From a virus (Duplodnaviria > Caudoviricetes): a stretch of DNA of 64,000 nt. Numbering within the stretch: the stretch's first letter is position 1; the number at the start of each line of letters is the position of its first letter. The position numbers and the translations under genes were made by a program. The notes beneath the pieces are model-generated. The model was not told where the DNA came from and ran no database searches. It saw nothing but the letters and a program-made list of their open reading frames with translations. The stretch lies in the IMG/VR virus record IMGVR_UViG_3300029288_000139, positions 19,534 to 83,533 of that record; one strand, given 5' to 3'. Shown here one piece after another: positions 1 to 10,270 of the stretch.

Positions 1-108
1 ATCCTGGCCATAGATTTCTTTATATGATTCCAATATATCTTCTCTGATATCCACATATGTTGGAAGGACTAATCCGGCTGATGTTACTTCAGGTGCTGAA
101 TAACTCAT
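1..108 (-). CDS. Baseplate J-like protein, N-terminal fragment (runs off window)
   Basis: Manual translation from ATG at 108: MSYSAPEVTSAGLVLPTYVDIREDILESYKEIYGQD, a typical baseplate-J N-terminus. ATGA overlap with the stop of 105..485. Confidence 0.75.
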   Translation of the reverse strand, partial: MSYSAPEVTSAGLVLPTYVDIREDILESYKEIYGQD

Positions 109-485
109 CTTTGTATTTCTCCTTGTGCATTAGTTAATACAGTTCTGCCATATATTGTGTTAATCACAGCATAGAATTGATATGCTCTTGAATCTCGATT
201 AAATACAGAAGCCAATTGATCAATATTAAAAACTCCAGTTGTGTCTAAAATTTCTTTCTGTATCACTCTATCAATAACATCTTTTCTTGCTCCGACCACC
301 CCAAGAATTTCTTGCCACATAGGAATCCCAAAGTAAATATCTTCCCACCATTCTCCACGAAACAATTTCAATCTTGTCATAACAGCTTGTCCAACAGCTT
401 CAACATCTATTAAAAAATCTTGCTTTCCTCTTCCATAAACAGGTTCATTTTCAACACCTTCTAATCTTCTATATCTCATTGTCAT
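105..485 (-). CDS. Baseplate wedge subunit (gp25 / Mu gp46-like)
   Basis: AVGQAVMTRLKLFRGEWWED motif; lies between spike and baseplate J. Confidence 0.75.
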   Translation of the reverse strand: MTMRYRRLEGVENEPVYGRGKQDFLIDVEAVGQAVMTRLKLFRGEWWEDIYFGIPMWQEILGVVGARKDVIDRVIQKEILDTTGVFNIDQLASVFNRDSRAYQFYAVINTIYGRTVLTNAQGEIQR

Positions 486-489
486 ACTA

Positions 490-1482
490 TTATCCTCCTG
501 CTGTCACAGAAATGCTCCCGGTGGTAATTGTTCCTTTTCCTTCATGAGTGCTCGGATCTACAGAAACGGTAACAGTATCTCCAACTCTTGCAACTCCCAT
601 AATGCCACTATTCAGCGAAACAATAGCTCCATCAACTGTGACCATACCTCCTGTAATGGCAACATTCCCTGTCCCTTCTACAGAAACATTCCCTGCTCCT
701 TTTACTTCCACATTAGAATTTCCATCAATTGTAATATCGCCGATTCCTGTAATATCGATTAGACCATCACTTTCTATTGTCATATTACTTCCGCTTTCTA
801 AATTTACTGTAGAATCCCCATGAATCGTCATAGCGTTAGCACTATTAATATCCATTGTGCCAGTGCTTTCAACAGTCATATTCCCAGAGCTATTTACATT
901 AATTGTGTCTGTACTTACTATATTAATCTGACCATCCTTAACTTCAATATATGTGTTTGTGTTTACAAATATTTTAATAAGATCGTCTTTAACCTGTATT
1001 TTATTAGCTCCATCAAGAGTTCGTATCTCAAATGCATCAGTTACATAATCTTCTATAACATTCGGCTGACTCCATATTCCACAAATAGCAAAAGCGTCTG
1101 ATAAATCATGCCTTCTGGAAACTATCTGCTCATTATCTTCTCCTCCGTTCTGCCACCAAGCATCAGTGCACGTATCTGCAAAAACAACAAGACATTCGTC
1201 TCCTTCTTTAATAGGAGTTGTCATGATGAAATTTCCTGACCGTGGCAGAACAATAGGGACAACTAATAATTCAGGAACTTTTAATGATTCTAAAATCCCA
1301 TCAATCACCACTCTTTCTTTTGTTACCAATTGAACTGAAACAGTTTGTTTAACAGCATCAAAAGATTTTATAATGGCAGGAGCTGTACAACGAATTTCAA
1401 ACTTTATTTTATCCATAATAAAGTTCATAAACTCTATTTCATTTCCTAATCTTCTTAGTAATGATTGGGAATACTGTCCCAT
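490..1482 (-). CDS. Baseplate central spike (Gp138-like / gpV)
   Basis: GDECLVVFADTC..DAWWQNG and RRHDLSDAF motifs, beta-helix-like C-terminal repeats. Start moved to ATG 1482 (GGAG RBS). Confidence 0.8.
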   Translation of the reverse strand: MGQYSQSLLRRLGNEIEFMNFIMDKIKFEIRCTAPAIIKSFDAVKQTVSVQLVTKERVVIDGILESLKVPELLVVPIVLPRSGNFIMTTPIKEGDECLVVFADTCTDAWWQNGGEDNEQIVSRRHDLSDAFAICGIWSQPNVIEDYVTDAFEIRTLDGANKIQVKDDLIKIFVNTNTYIEVKDGQINIVSTDTINVNSSGNMTVESTGTMDINSANAMTIHGDSTVNLESGSNMTIESDGLIDITGIGDITIDGNSNVEVKGAGNVSVEGTGNVAITGGMVTVDGAIVSLNSGIMGVARVGDTVTVSVDPSTHEGKGTITTGSISVTAGG

Positions 1483-1483
1483 T

Positions 1484-2599
1484 CTACTCTCCTGAATTCG
1501 CTGTCGGTCTATTGACCGGATTATCATATCTTGTAGCTATACCTCTATCAGCCAACTGATCTGGATTTACCCATGCTTCGACATCTGAATACCATTCTTG
1601 ACCCCTTGTATCTCCAGAATGAGTAACCGAAATTACTCTATATCTTCCATATTCATCCATCCACTCAGGAATAACTCCATACATTTGAGGCATAGCTTTT
1701 ATTTCTGAATTATCTATCCTCACATTCATTGGAGGAATATCATATATCAACCTTGAATCTAAAAGAGTCCTAAAAGAAATTCCTTTCATAACTTGTGTCG
1801 GAATCCCTATTAATCCTGATGACGGAGAAATTACTATCTCAACACTTCCTATGTCTGTAATAATATTTGAAATACAATATTTTCCTTCCTTGTCTGCTGT
1901 TCTTTGACATCCATATGTTTTTGCCTCATCATGCAAATATCTTTCAGGATTTCCAAAATATAATTGAGGTTTTGTTAATTTTGCTTTTTCTTTTGTAAGA
2001 GTTTCTGTTTCTTTAAGCTCTATTTTCATTTGTTTTGTTAAATATGTTACTCTATCTTGCATTGTTTTGCCAGTCACCTCTGTAAGAGTTCCAGAAATAA
2101 AAGAAGGAGCAATAACATCTTTACCACCCATGCAATGTAGAAGCAAAACTTTATCGGTTACATTCTCCCTATATTCCATAAACGAAAACAGATTCCCATT
2201 CCAGATAATACCATAGTTACCATTTCTGTATCCAGCCATTACAACTACTCTAGCACCTTCTTTTGTAATTCTAGAAACTGTTTTTTCATTCAGGTTGTAA
2301 ACTGTTATATCTCCATAAGTAGGAACAGTTTGAGCAGAGGTCACTTTAAATTTTACACGAAGAGCAGCTTCTCCATAAAGACTGTCACTTAACACAATAG
2401 CATCTTCTTCATTGTATTTTTCTCCCTGATCATCAGTTCCAGTAAAAGCTCTTCTAGGAATAACTACAATCTGCCATCTTCTCTCATACAAACTATATTT
2501 CTTATACGGAGAAGGAATCCCAGCATTCAAGTTTGGATCTACCTTAAATTCTTGATACCGGCTTTTTTTACTTATTCTATCCCAAGCATCATTCGACAT
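1484..2599 (-). CDS. Baseplate hub protein (gp27 / Mu gp44-like)
   Basis: GDITVYNLN, VVMAGY, SGLIGIP and HSGDTRGQEWY motifs; synteny. Confidence 0.75.
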   Translation of the reverse strand: MSNDAWDRISKKSRYQEFKVDPNLNAGIPSPYKKYSLYERRWQIVVIPRRAFTGTDDQGEKYNEEDAIVLSDSLYGEAALRVKFKVTSAQTVPTYGDITVYNLNEKTVSRITKEGARVVVMAGYRNGNYGIIWNGNLFSFMEYRENVTDKVLLLHCMGGKDVIAPSFISGTLTEVTGKTMQDRVTYLTKQMKIELKETETLTKEKAKLTKPQLYFGNPERYLHDEAKTYGCQRTADKEGKYCISNIITDIGSVEIVISPSSGLIGIPTQVMKGISFRTLLDSRLIYDIPPMNVRIDNSEIKAMPQMYGVIPEWMDEYGRYRVISVTHSGDTRGQEWYSDVEAWVNPDQLADRGIATRYDNPVNRPTANSGE

Positions 2600-2921
2600 A
2601 ATTATTCCACGCCCATAGAAAATCTGTTCCTAAATTTGTATCATCAAAATCATCGGGATTCTTATCACTCATATTTAAAATAACACTACTTCCAATTCCT
2701 AAATATTCATACTGAGTTAGTAAATCCTGTCCTACCAATAAAGGCATAGAAGATATAACCATTTCATCTTTTGCCAAATCTTTAATTGAACAGACCCAAT
2801 AACCAGCCATTTTATTAAACTCAAGAAATATTTCAAGATTCTTAATCTCTTCTTCTATTTCAACAGCTGTGGTTATTTTCTGATTGTATTCATTTTTAAT
2901 GTCTAATATTTGAACAGCCAT
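2589..2921 (-). CDS. Small baseplate protein
   Basis: ISSMPLLVGQDLLTQYEYLGIG motif; conserved position after the Dit-like gene. Confidence 0.6.
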   Translation of the reverse strand: MAVQILDIKNEYNQKITTAVEIEEEIKNLEIFLEFNKMAGYWVCSIKDLAKDEMVISSMPLLVGQDLLTQYEYLGIGSSVILNMSDKNPDDFDDTNLGTDFLWAWNNYVE

Positions 2922-2935
2922 TTTAATCTCCCTAA

Positions 2936-3814
2936 TTAATAATACTGAGGAGGATTTAACAAACCTCTTCCATAACCAATACTATAAAGGAAAGAAGTAT
3001 CGTTTACAAGAGTTGTTTTTTTCATAGGATTATTTGAATCATTACCTACATAAGTAGCTTCAGGGTACAATGATTTTTGTACCTTTCCAACTTCTCCTAT
3101 AAATATTTGTTTAAATGTAATCGTTGCTCTTAATGCTGTATATGTCTTATTACTATCCTCTGCTTGAATATATTGTATAATCATATTTTTATACTCATTC
3201 AAATGAGTTTGCAAATCAATCGGCTGCCCTGTTTTCTGCAAATCAACAAACATTTGATAAGCGTTAACAGACTTTCCCATTCCCGTGTCTTTTCTATACA
3301 TTAAATCATCAAAGGATTGCATAGCATCACTCATGCCAATTTGCAATACAACTTGCGCTGGCAATTGATAAGAGTGGTCAGCAATAGCAGCTCCCCACTG
3401 AACTGGATGCTCTGTTATTTGTCTTGTCGTTGTATGCTCAGCTAAAAACACAGCATCAAAATAATAATTTTTTTGAGTTTCTTGCCCATCGTAAGAAGCG
3501 ACATAATCTGTACTATCAGCATTTTCTTTACTATACAATTTTTCATCATATTTAATTGTCATATAAGTAAGATTATAATAAGTATCATCTGCAATTCGTC
3601 TTCTTAGTTGATTCCGACTCCATTCTGGAGGTCTCCACGGTTTGCTAGTTTGATAACCTACAGTATTTGTTATTGAACTGATTGCCTGAATTGAATTTGC
3701 AACTTGAATAGGATTAGGTACATTCATTAAAGAAGCAGCTGCACTAAAATTTCCTGCTAAAGATTGCAATCTCTCTATCGGTAATTGCCTTATAACTTGA
3801 GGAGCTGATAACAT
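2936..3814 (-). CDS. Dit-like tail tube initiator
   Basis: FDAVFLAEHTTTRQITEHPVQWGAAIADHSY motif; follows the tape measure gene. Confidence 0.75.
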   Translation of the reverse strand: MLSAPQVIRQLPIERLQSLAGNFSAAASLMNVPNPIQVANSIQAISSITNTVGYQTSKPWRPPEWSRNQLRRRIADDTYYNLTYMTIKYDEKLYSKENADSTDYVASYDGQETQKNYYFDAVFLAEHTTTRQITEHPVQWGAAIADHSYQLPAQVVLQIGMSDAMQSFDDLMYRKDTGMGKSVNAYQMFVDLQKTGQPIDLQTHLNEYKNMIIQYIQAEDSNKTYTALRATITFKQIFIGEVGKVQKSLYPEATYVGNDSNNPMKKTTLVNDTSFLYSIGYGRGLLNPPQYY

Positions 3815-3815
3815 A

Positions 3816-5486
3816 TCAACCTCCCATTCCAGCGACTTTATTTTTTGCTAATTGTTTCATCTTTTCTACCACATCATCAAAATTCAAAGCATAAATATTG
3901 GCATTTTCAATACGAACATCATATCCTCTTAAACCTGTAGCTGTTTCTTCTACAACCGGAGGATATTTCCCTCCACTTTCAAGCCCTACTGCTTTAAGTG
4001 CTGCATCATATTTTGTCTTTTCTTCCTGAGTCATCATATCTGTTGTGTAAGGAGGAACTCTTTTATCAACTTTAGAAGGAGTTTTTCTTATTTGAGCTCC
4101 CGTTGCTCTCACTTCACCACTTTTAAATTCTCTATCTAATACTTCTTTTCTTTTCCTTCTTTGATCTGCAACATAGGTGTCTGTATCAAAAGTCATGGAG
4201 ACGAATTTATTCATCCTCTCTCCTACTTTTCCTTTCCAATCTTCTGCACCAATTTCTTTACTATATCTCAAATCCTCTCTTGCTTTTGCTTTCATCCAAG
4301 ATTCATAATTTTCTTCTGCTTCTCTTTTACTCCCAGCTTTTGTTAAATCATACGTTTTTTCTAATTTTTTAAGAACCTCTCTATGTTTTGCTTCTTGTTC
4401 AGGTGTTCCTGTTTTTGGACCACCAATTTGTGTTGCTATTTGAAAAGCTGTAAATAATAATCCAATTCCTCCTATCAATTCAATTATAGATTTTTTAACA
4501 TTATCCAACAGAAAAACAAACGTCTTCCACCAGCTAAAATCTCCCCCAGGATTCAAAACATCCCCCATAACATTTTTTAATTCTTTAAGAGGAGCAAACA
4601 AATCAGACAACCCTTCAAACATACCTCCAAAAATAGTATATGTTTTATAGCCATGTTTTTTCCCTTCACTCCAAACCCACCATTCATGAAGTAAACCAAA
4701 CAAAAGAGTTAAACTTGCTATTACAGGATTTAACATGAAAGCTCCTGCAATAGCAGCCCCAAAAGCTATAATAGCACCTACTCCGGTAGGTAAATAATTT
4801 ATGAAATCTTTCACAAGACCATATAATTTTTTCCCTATCTCATATGCAGCTCTTACAACATTTATAACTACAGTAATCCCTCCTGCAATCCACTTTGTCC
4901 AAACTTGTATATTGTCTTTTAACCATTTGGTTATATCACTTAATTTATTTTTAGCTCCTTCAAGACTGCCACCAAACACATTTGCTAAATGATAAACAAT
5001 CCATTCCATCCCCTGTCCAATTATAACTTTCATCTTAGTAAATTCAAACATAATACTACGAATCTGTTTTAAGGCAGCAGAATCAGGACTAGTTGATTGA
5101 ACAATACCTTTAAGCTCTTTATACTGGGCTCTTAATTCTGGAATCCAAGCAATTTCTTCAAGAGAAGCGTTCAAAGCTTTTTGAGCAATAGTAACCGCCT
5201 TGGCAGCATCTTTGGTCATATGCATCCGTAAAGCCAATTTCTGATATTCCATATCAGCATTAGCCACTTTTGCAGCCATTGCTCCGGTAGCAGCTATAAC
5301 CGTTCCAATAGCTCCTGCATAAGCAAGCATACCATGAGTCAAAACTTTAGCAGACTTATTTGAAGCTAGTTTATCAAGCTGCTTCTCAATCTCTCCCAAA
5401 GCTTGTCTTATCTTCATTTGAGCTGAACTATCTACAGAAAATCCAAGCTTAACTAAATATTCTTTTAGTATATCGGTTGCTGCCAT
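3816..5486 (-). CDS. Tape measure protein
   Basis: N-terminal ILKEYLVKLGF motif, helical and Ala/Gly-rich hydrophobic segments; position after chaperones. Confidence 0.8.
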   Translation of the reverse strand: MAATDILKEYLVKLGFSVDSSAQMKIRQALGEIEKQLDKLASNKSAKVLTHGMLAYAGAIGTVIAATGAMAAKVANADMEYQKLALRMHMTKDAAKAVTIAQKALNASLEEIAWIPELRAQYKELKGIVQSTSPDSAALKQIRSIMFEFTKMKVIIGQGMEWIVYHLANVFGGSLEGAKNKLSDITKWLKDNIQVWTKWIAGGITVVINVVRAAYEIGKKLYGLVKDFINYLPTGVGAIIAFGAAIAGAFMLNPVIASLTLLFGLLHEWWVWSEGKKHGYKTYTIFGGMFEGLSDLFAPLKELKNVMGDVLNPGGDFSWWKTFVFLLDNVKKSIIELIGGIGLLFTAFQIATQIGGPKTGTPEQEAKHREVLKKLEKTYDLTKAGSKREAEENYESWMKAKAREDLRYSKEIGAEDWKGKVGERMNKFVSMTFDTDTYVADQRRKRKEVLDREFKSGEVRATGAQIRKTPSKVDKRVPPYTTDMMTQEEKTKYDAALKAVGLESGGKYPPVVEETATGLRGYDVRIENANIYALNFDDVVEKMKQLAKNKVAGMGG

Positions 5487-5489
5487 TAC

Positions 5490-5731
5490 TCATTTCCTCT
5501 TAAAGATTCCTGGTACTCTCTCAATATTCTTTCATTTTCATTCTTTACAGCTTGCATTTCATGCCAATCCAATAAATCATCATAAATGTATGTTCCATCC
5601 CACACTTCATGTTGCTGCCAGGCTCCTGCCATAACTGGAGCATAAGCATAAGTATCAATGTTTACACATTGGGTAAATTCAATTGGGAAAAACTCTTCTG
5701 AAACATTTCCAATGTGTTTTCGTCGAAAAAA
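5490..5731 (-). CDS. Tail assembly chaperone -1 frameshift extension (gpT/gpGT-like)
   Basis: The -1 frame is open from slippery T TTT TTC (5731-5725) to TGA at 5490 and encodes ...APVMAGAWQQHEVWDGTYIYDDLLDWHEMQAVKNENE... It is absent from the ORF track. Confidence 0.75.
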
Positions 5732-6099
5732 CTTTGCAAATTGTACCCCAACACTTGTGTAGTAAGGATCAAAGCTAATGGAGCATCATTTTTTATATCT
5801 TCAACACCCCATCTACCGTCTGCCAACATAACCGGAATAGGAAGAACAACATCTCCTTCAGGTCTTATTTCTGAACAAGCTCGTAAACAATCCTTTTGGA
5901 TTTCTATAAATTCATCTTTGGTCATGGTTGGAAGATTCTTATTTTGTGAATCTTCCAATCCTTCAACCTGTTTACCTAAACCCATCGGAAGAATTTTAGT
6001 CATAACTGTATAAACAATGTATGACCCTGTTAAAGCATCAAACTTATGGATACGAAACTTCCTGTTGCTAATCTCAACATCTTTAAATGTTTCTCTCAT
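5662..6099 (-). CDS. Tail assembly chaperone (gpG-like)
   Basis: Lies between tube and tape measure; contains the slippery heptamer near its 3' end. Confidence 0.75.
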   Translation of the reverse strand: MRETFKDVEISNRKFRIHKFDALTGSYIVYTVMTKILPMGLGKQVEGLEDSQNKNLPTMTKDEFIEIQKDCLRACSEIRPEGDVVLPIPVMLADGRWGVEDIKNDAPLALILTTQVLGYNLQSFFDENTLEMFQKSFSQLNLPNV

Positions 6100-6133
6100 T
6101 TCCTTTTCTCCTTTTTAAGAAAAATCAATTATT

Positions 6134-6577
6134 TTAAGCGTTCATACTTGAAATATCAGCTGCCCACAAAGTCCAAGTAACTCTTTCTCCAGCAGACTTA
6201 TAGGCTTTATCTGCTTTCTTTCCAAAGCTGACTCCAGTACAAATATGACTTGTCCCATCAGATATATTCCTTAAAGCAATTGCAATCATAGCCCACTGAC
6301 TAGTATCTGCTTGCCACACATAATTAAACAAATTAAGTAAATACTTATGAACAAGAGAAGTCTGCTGGCACTCAATAGATATTTGCCCGTTATTACCAGC
6401 AATTTTTGAAATCATAATACTACCATCAGCTGCAACATCATGAGCAGTTCTATCCGTGCTCATAGCTACACTTATACTTCCAACACCTTCTCCGGTAAAT
6501 TGAAACACACCCAAAGGAAAAAAGGGATGTGCAATTGCACCAGCCAAATCTAAAAAACTGTAAGTTGAATGTCTCAT
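6134..6577 (-). CDS. Tail tube protein (DUF3277-like)
   Basis: TYSFLD and HDVAADGSIMISK motifs; directly after the sheath. Confidence 0.8.
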   Translation of the reverse strand: MRHSTYSFLDLAGAIAHPFFPLGVFQFTGEGVGSISVAMSTDRTAHDVAADGSIMISKIAGNNGQISIECQQTSLVHKYLLNLFNYVWQADTSQWAMIAIALRNISDGTSHICTGVSFGKKADKAYKSAGERVTWTLWAADISSMNA

Positions 6578-6604
6578 ATTTTATCCTCCTCCAAAAGGTT
6601 TTTA

Positions 6605-7717
6605 TTATCTATTCACGTAAATACCAATCACAACACTATGAACTGCACCAGCTTCCTTAATCGCTATGTAAATTGGCATAGCCTTTCTTGCTTCTCGATC
6701 TGCCTGAGTCTGTTCACTATAAGATTCTGATTGACACAAATATCCTTTGGGCAGTGTATCACCATAGCTCAGATTTAATACTTGAACACCAGTCCATGTT
6801 CCAGGGGCAAGAAATCCTCTATCAACTGCAAGTTCACAAGCCTGATCACAGGCAAGCAATAACTGATTCTGACCTGCATTCGTTTGAGGAACTTTTGTGG
6901 TCTGATAAAGAACATCCATAACATTTAACTGAACATCATTTCTCAGCATATCCAAATTAATTACTTCATCAAAGAAATAACCATTTGCCATTTTTCCTTG
7001 CTGAAAAATGTTGTAATAGTTTGCATAATTGACATAAACATTTCCATATTTACTATCAATATAACCAGCCTGAGTTTGAGTCAAATCTTCAACAGCAATG
7101 CCAACTTCACCTTTGAATTTCAACGTGTATGCTGAATTTGCCAATCCATTATTTGCACCCATAGCAAATCCCATAATGGCACAAATTGCTAATGCATCAT
7201 CAGTTGAATATTGACCAATTGTTCTCTTATAAGATAGTGCTTTCAACTGACTAAAAATATCTGTATCAACACTTGTTATTACTCTTGCATCACTGGTTGT
7301 AAAAGCATACACCATAGTCGGAGTAGCAGATTCCGCAAAAGCAGCACATTCCAAATGATCGGCTTCAACAGCATCCAAACAAACTGCTACATACCAAGAA
7401 GCCTCTGCAACTCTACACGCCAACAATGCTTCAGCACACGTTTCTGCAGGACTTGCTCCTTGTGCTCCAACCCAAATCTTAAAAGGAGCAGGAGACTGAG
7501 AAAAATACATCTGGGCTGCAAGATATTCTTTATCAGTATTCGTAAAACCATCTGATAACATATCAGCAGCACTTGTGTATTCCCTAATCCTTTCTGTCGT
7601 GTCAATTACTCCTGCAGTTCCTATGACAAGCATTTCATTGAATGTCTGTCTCGGAGCTGACAAAGGAGAAATATATTCACTAATACTAACAATCTGATTC
7701 AAATTCAAAGTTCCCAT
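6605..7717 (-). CDS. Tail sheath protein (DUF3383-like)
   Basis: EYLAAQMYFSQSP, YTLKFK, FFDEVINLD, KVPQT and AGAVH motifs. Start at ATG 7717 after GAGGTGG. Confidence 0.85.
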   Translation of the reverse strand: MGTLNLNQIVSISEYISPLSAPRQTFNEMLVIGTAGVIDTTERIREYTSAADMLSDGFTNTDKEYLAAQMYFSQSPAPFKIWVGAQGASPAETCAEALLACRVAEASWYVAVCLDAVEADHLECAAFAESATPTMVYAFTTSDARVITSVDTDIFSQLKALSYKRTIGQYSTDDALAICAIMGFAMGANNGLANSAYTLKFKGEVGIAVEDLTQTQAGYIDSKYGNVYVNYANYYNIFQQGKMANGYFFDEVINLDMLRNDVQLNVMDVLYQTTKVPQTNAGQNQLLLACDQACELAVDRGFLAPGTWTGVQVLNLSYGDTLPKGYLCQSESYSEQTQADREARKAMPIYIAIKEAGAVHSVVIGIYVNR

Positions 7718-7740
7718 ATTTTCCACCTCTCATTTTATTT

Positions 7741-8319
7741 TTATCTGTTTATTTCAAAATTATCAACTTCACCATATTCCTCTTTAGTAATGGTGACTTC
7801 TACACTATCAACTCTATTAACAGGTGCTTCGAGTACAATTAATTCATAAAAATACAAGGACATATCAACTCTTTCCCACCATTGAGCTTGAAATAATTCA
7901 GGTACTCTCCTAGGCTCAACTGTATTTGGAACATAATAAATCTTTTCTCTAGCTAATCTCTCTCTAGGAATTTGATCAAACATTCCAAATTTCAAAGCCA
8001 TAGCAATGGACATTCCATTCGGACCATAAATAGAACAATCGAGTTTCATTATTCTAGTAGATCCAACTGATTTTCTTAAATCAGTGTTAAAGTCTTCCAT
8101 CCCAACATCATGCTGCTTGTTATACGGTTCTTCTGTCGGTGTTGCTGTGATGAAAACCATGTCCTCTGTTATTTTCCATGCTGGAGCTCCTTCTCTTTGC
8201 CATCCAATTCTTACATTGTTTGTTCTAGGAGGAACTGTTACATCCCATCCAAGAATATATAAGAATAATCTTTGAAAAAGATCTTCAAATTCAACTACTG
8301 TTAAATCGATGTTGGCCAT
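7741..8319 (-). CDS. Neck / tail terminator protein
   Basis: Synteny before the sheath; WWERVDMSLYF motif. Start at ATG 8319 after GGGGAG. Confidence 0.6.
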   Translation of the reverse strand: MANIDLTVVEFEDLFQRLFLYILGWDVTVPPRTNNVRIGWQREGAPAWKITEDMVFITATPTEEPYNKQHDVGMEDFNTDLRKSVGSTRIMKLDCSIYGPNGMSIAMALKFGMFDQIPRERLAREKIYYVPNTVEPRRVPELFQAQWWERVDMSLYFYELIVLEAPVNRVDSVEVTITKEEYGEVDNFEINR

Positions 8320-8320
8320 C

Positions 8321-8686
8321 TTAATCTCCCACCATTCTTTCTCCGATAGCTTTACAAAAGCCATAATCCATATAATTCTCTACACTAACAACTTTGTAGT
8401 ATTCATTTCTCCACATAATCTTATCGGAGAGACCAGAAGTGCCTTCATTATGAGTAACATAAATCAATTGCGTAGAATGGAACATCATGGCTCCTCTTAT
8501 TCTATCTCCTTCAAGTTTCTGTGACATATCCTTTTCTCTAGCAACTTGAATAACTCCACGCATTGTTATTTGAGTTGGAGTTCCTTCCACCCATCTCCCA
8601 TTAACCCATTCTCCATTCGAACGATACACAACAAAATCTTGAGCATAAGCTGCATTCAATATAACTTCAGCCATTTGAAAAGGCAT
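8321..8686 (-). CDS. Head closure / head-tail connector protein
   Basis: G.WVNGRWVEG, SDKIMWRNEYYKV and DYGFCKAIG motifs. Confidence 0.65.
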   Translation of the reverse strand: MPFQMAEVILNAAYAQDFVVYRSNGEWVNGRWVEGTPTQITMRGVIQVAREKDMSQKLEGDRIRGAMMFHSTQLIYVTHNEGTSGLSDKIMWRNEYYKVVSVENYMDYGFCKAIGERMVGD

Positions 8687-9183
8687 TATTCTTCTCCTTC
8701 AGAAATTACATAAGTGATAGCATTTCTCATTTGACCTGTATCTATAAGTATTGCATTAGATCCTTTCGCTTTAATTGTAGCAGGTTTTAATGGAGGCCAT
8801 CCATTCTTAGGATTTTCAAACCATGCATGAACTCTATTCATAACATCATTACCTGTTGTTTTCATCAAACTTTCTGCTTTACTAAATTCTTCATCCATAA
8901 TTGCTTCTGCAATAAGTTTTAAATCAACTGCAATAGCTATTTGATTTTCTTTGTCATCCAATGCCGCTTCAATAACAGGTCTTGAAGGAATATTCATCAG
9001 AGGAGAACCATGAGTATGAATATAAAGCAAAGTAGGATTATTCATTTCTCCTTCTTTCCTTTCAGCATTTTCTTCAGGAATACCAACAAGAATTTCTTTT
9101 CTTTTCAGCTTCTTTATTGTTTCAATTAATTTCTGCTCTTTTTTCATAGCAGCTAAATGTTCTTTTACTTCAAAATTTATCAT
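8686..9183 (-). CDS. Neck / virion morphogenesis protein
   Basis: HTHGSPLMNIPSRP and PLKPATIKAKGS..LIDTGQMRNAITY motifs. Start at ATG 9183. Confidence 0.7.
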   Translation of the reverse strand: MINFEVKEHLAAMKKEQKLIETIKKLKRKEILVGIPEENAERKEGEMNNPTLLYIHTHGSPLMNIPSRPVIEAALDDKENQIAIAVDLKLIAEAIMDEEFSKAESLMKTTGNDVMNRVHAWFENPKNGWPPLKPATIKAKGSNAILIDTGQMRNAITYVISEGEE

Positions 9184-9617
9184 ACTTGATAACCACCTGT
9201 TCCAACAAGTCTTACATAAAATAAAAATCTTCGTCCATAGGTTGTTAAATTCCATTCCCCAGCATGATCTTCCATAAAAGAACCAAGGTCATAGCCAACA
9301 GAAACTCCACCAACAGATTTATTACTTATATTTCCAAGAGGAGTTCCGGTAAAATTTCCTGCTGCAAAAGCTAATTGCTGATTCTTTTCTATTAGTAAAT
9401 TATGAGCTACAAACAATTCCAGCCCTTCATTATAAATATCATGCCATCTTTTTTCTGTTAACAACTTAACCGCAAATTGATACCAGAAAGTAATTTGATT
9501 GTCTGTAAAATTCTCTGGCAAAGCATGGGCAAACTCTGTATAATGAACTCTAAAATTTTCTATCCAAAGGTCAATATCTTCTGTTCTGCTTCCTAATCCT
9601 TCCCAATCTGAAGCCAT
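9180..9617 (-). CDS. Head-tail adaptor (DUF4054-like)
   Basis: F..F..F, LFVAHNL, SKSVGGVSVGYD and WNLTTYGRRF motifs. Confidence 0.8.
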   Translation of the reverse strand: MASDWEGLGSRTEDIDLWIENFRVHYTEFAHALPENFTDNQITFWYQFAVKLLTEKRWHDIYNEGLELFVAHNLLIEKNQQLAFAAGNFTGTPLGNISNKSVGGVSVGYDLGSFMEDHAGEWNLTTYGRRFLFYVRLVGTGGYQV

Positions 9618-9618
9618 T

Positions 9619-10269
9619 TTATATCTCCTCTATATCAGGATTAACAAAATCAAATCCTGTTTTAAATCTCCATAAATAAACTGTTGTTCCTATCGGCAGA
9701 TTAACATGAAAAGTTATTTGACCAATAGCATTAGTCCTTCCTGAATGTATCATATTTTTTCTTTCGGGATCTGTTGACATAATCACCAACACATCTGCAA
9801 TAGCGGGAGAATTATCACAATACTTTAGAGAATACACATGTTCAACAATTCCAGTTCCAACAGACATAGCATCAACGGTTTGCCAAACATTATCTAACAT
9901 ACTACCTGATTCTTCTAGACTATCTCTTATCTCTTTATTTGAAGGAAAATTAACAAAAGTATCGTTCTCACAAATAAACTCTTCAATAGCAATAATCAAT
10001 CCATCGACTTGGCAGTATCTTGCTATATATCTACCATCATCCCAAGGCATTCTGCTTTCCCATACTTCATAAACACCTTCTAATAAAGGGTTCTCAACCA
10101 TAGGAAGTCTTTTATCTGTAACCAATTCTTCTGAATAAAACATTCCAGGGACATTTCCACCAGCATCAGAGTTTTCCATTATGAATCCTTCTTCATCAAT
10201 TCGACGAATCCATACATAATTTCCAACCATTCCTGTCATATCTTCAACTGCAAATTTTTTGATTGCCAT
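9619..10269 (-). CDS. Hypothetical virion protein, possible C-terminal Ig-like domain
   Basis: 216-aa ORF within the structural operon, tightly coupled to neighbours. Confidence 0.45.
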   Translation of the reverse strand: MAIKKFAVEDMTGMVGNYVWIRRIDEEGFIMENSDAGGNVPGMFYSEELVTDKRLPMVENPLLEGVYEVWESRMPWDDGRYIARYCQVDGLIIAIEEFICENDTFVNFPSNKEIRDSLEESGSMLDNVWQTVDAMSVGTGIVEHVYSLKYCDNSPAIADVLVIMSTDPERKNMIHSGRTNAIGQITFHVNLPIGTTVYLWRFKTGFDFVNPDIEEI

Positions 10270-10270
10270 A

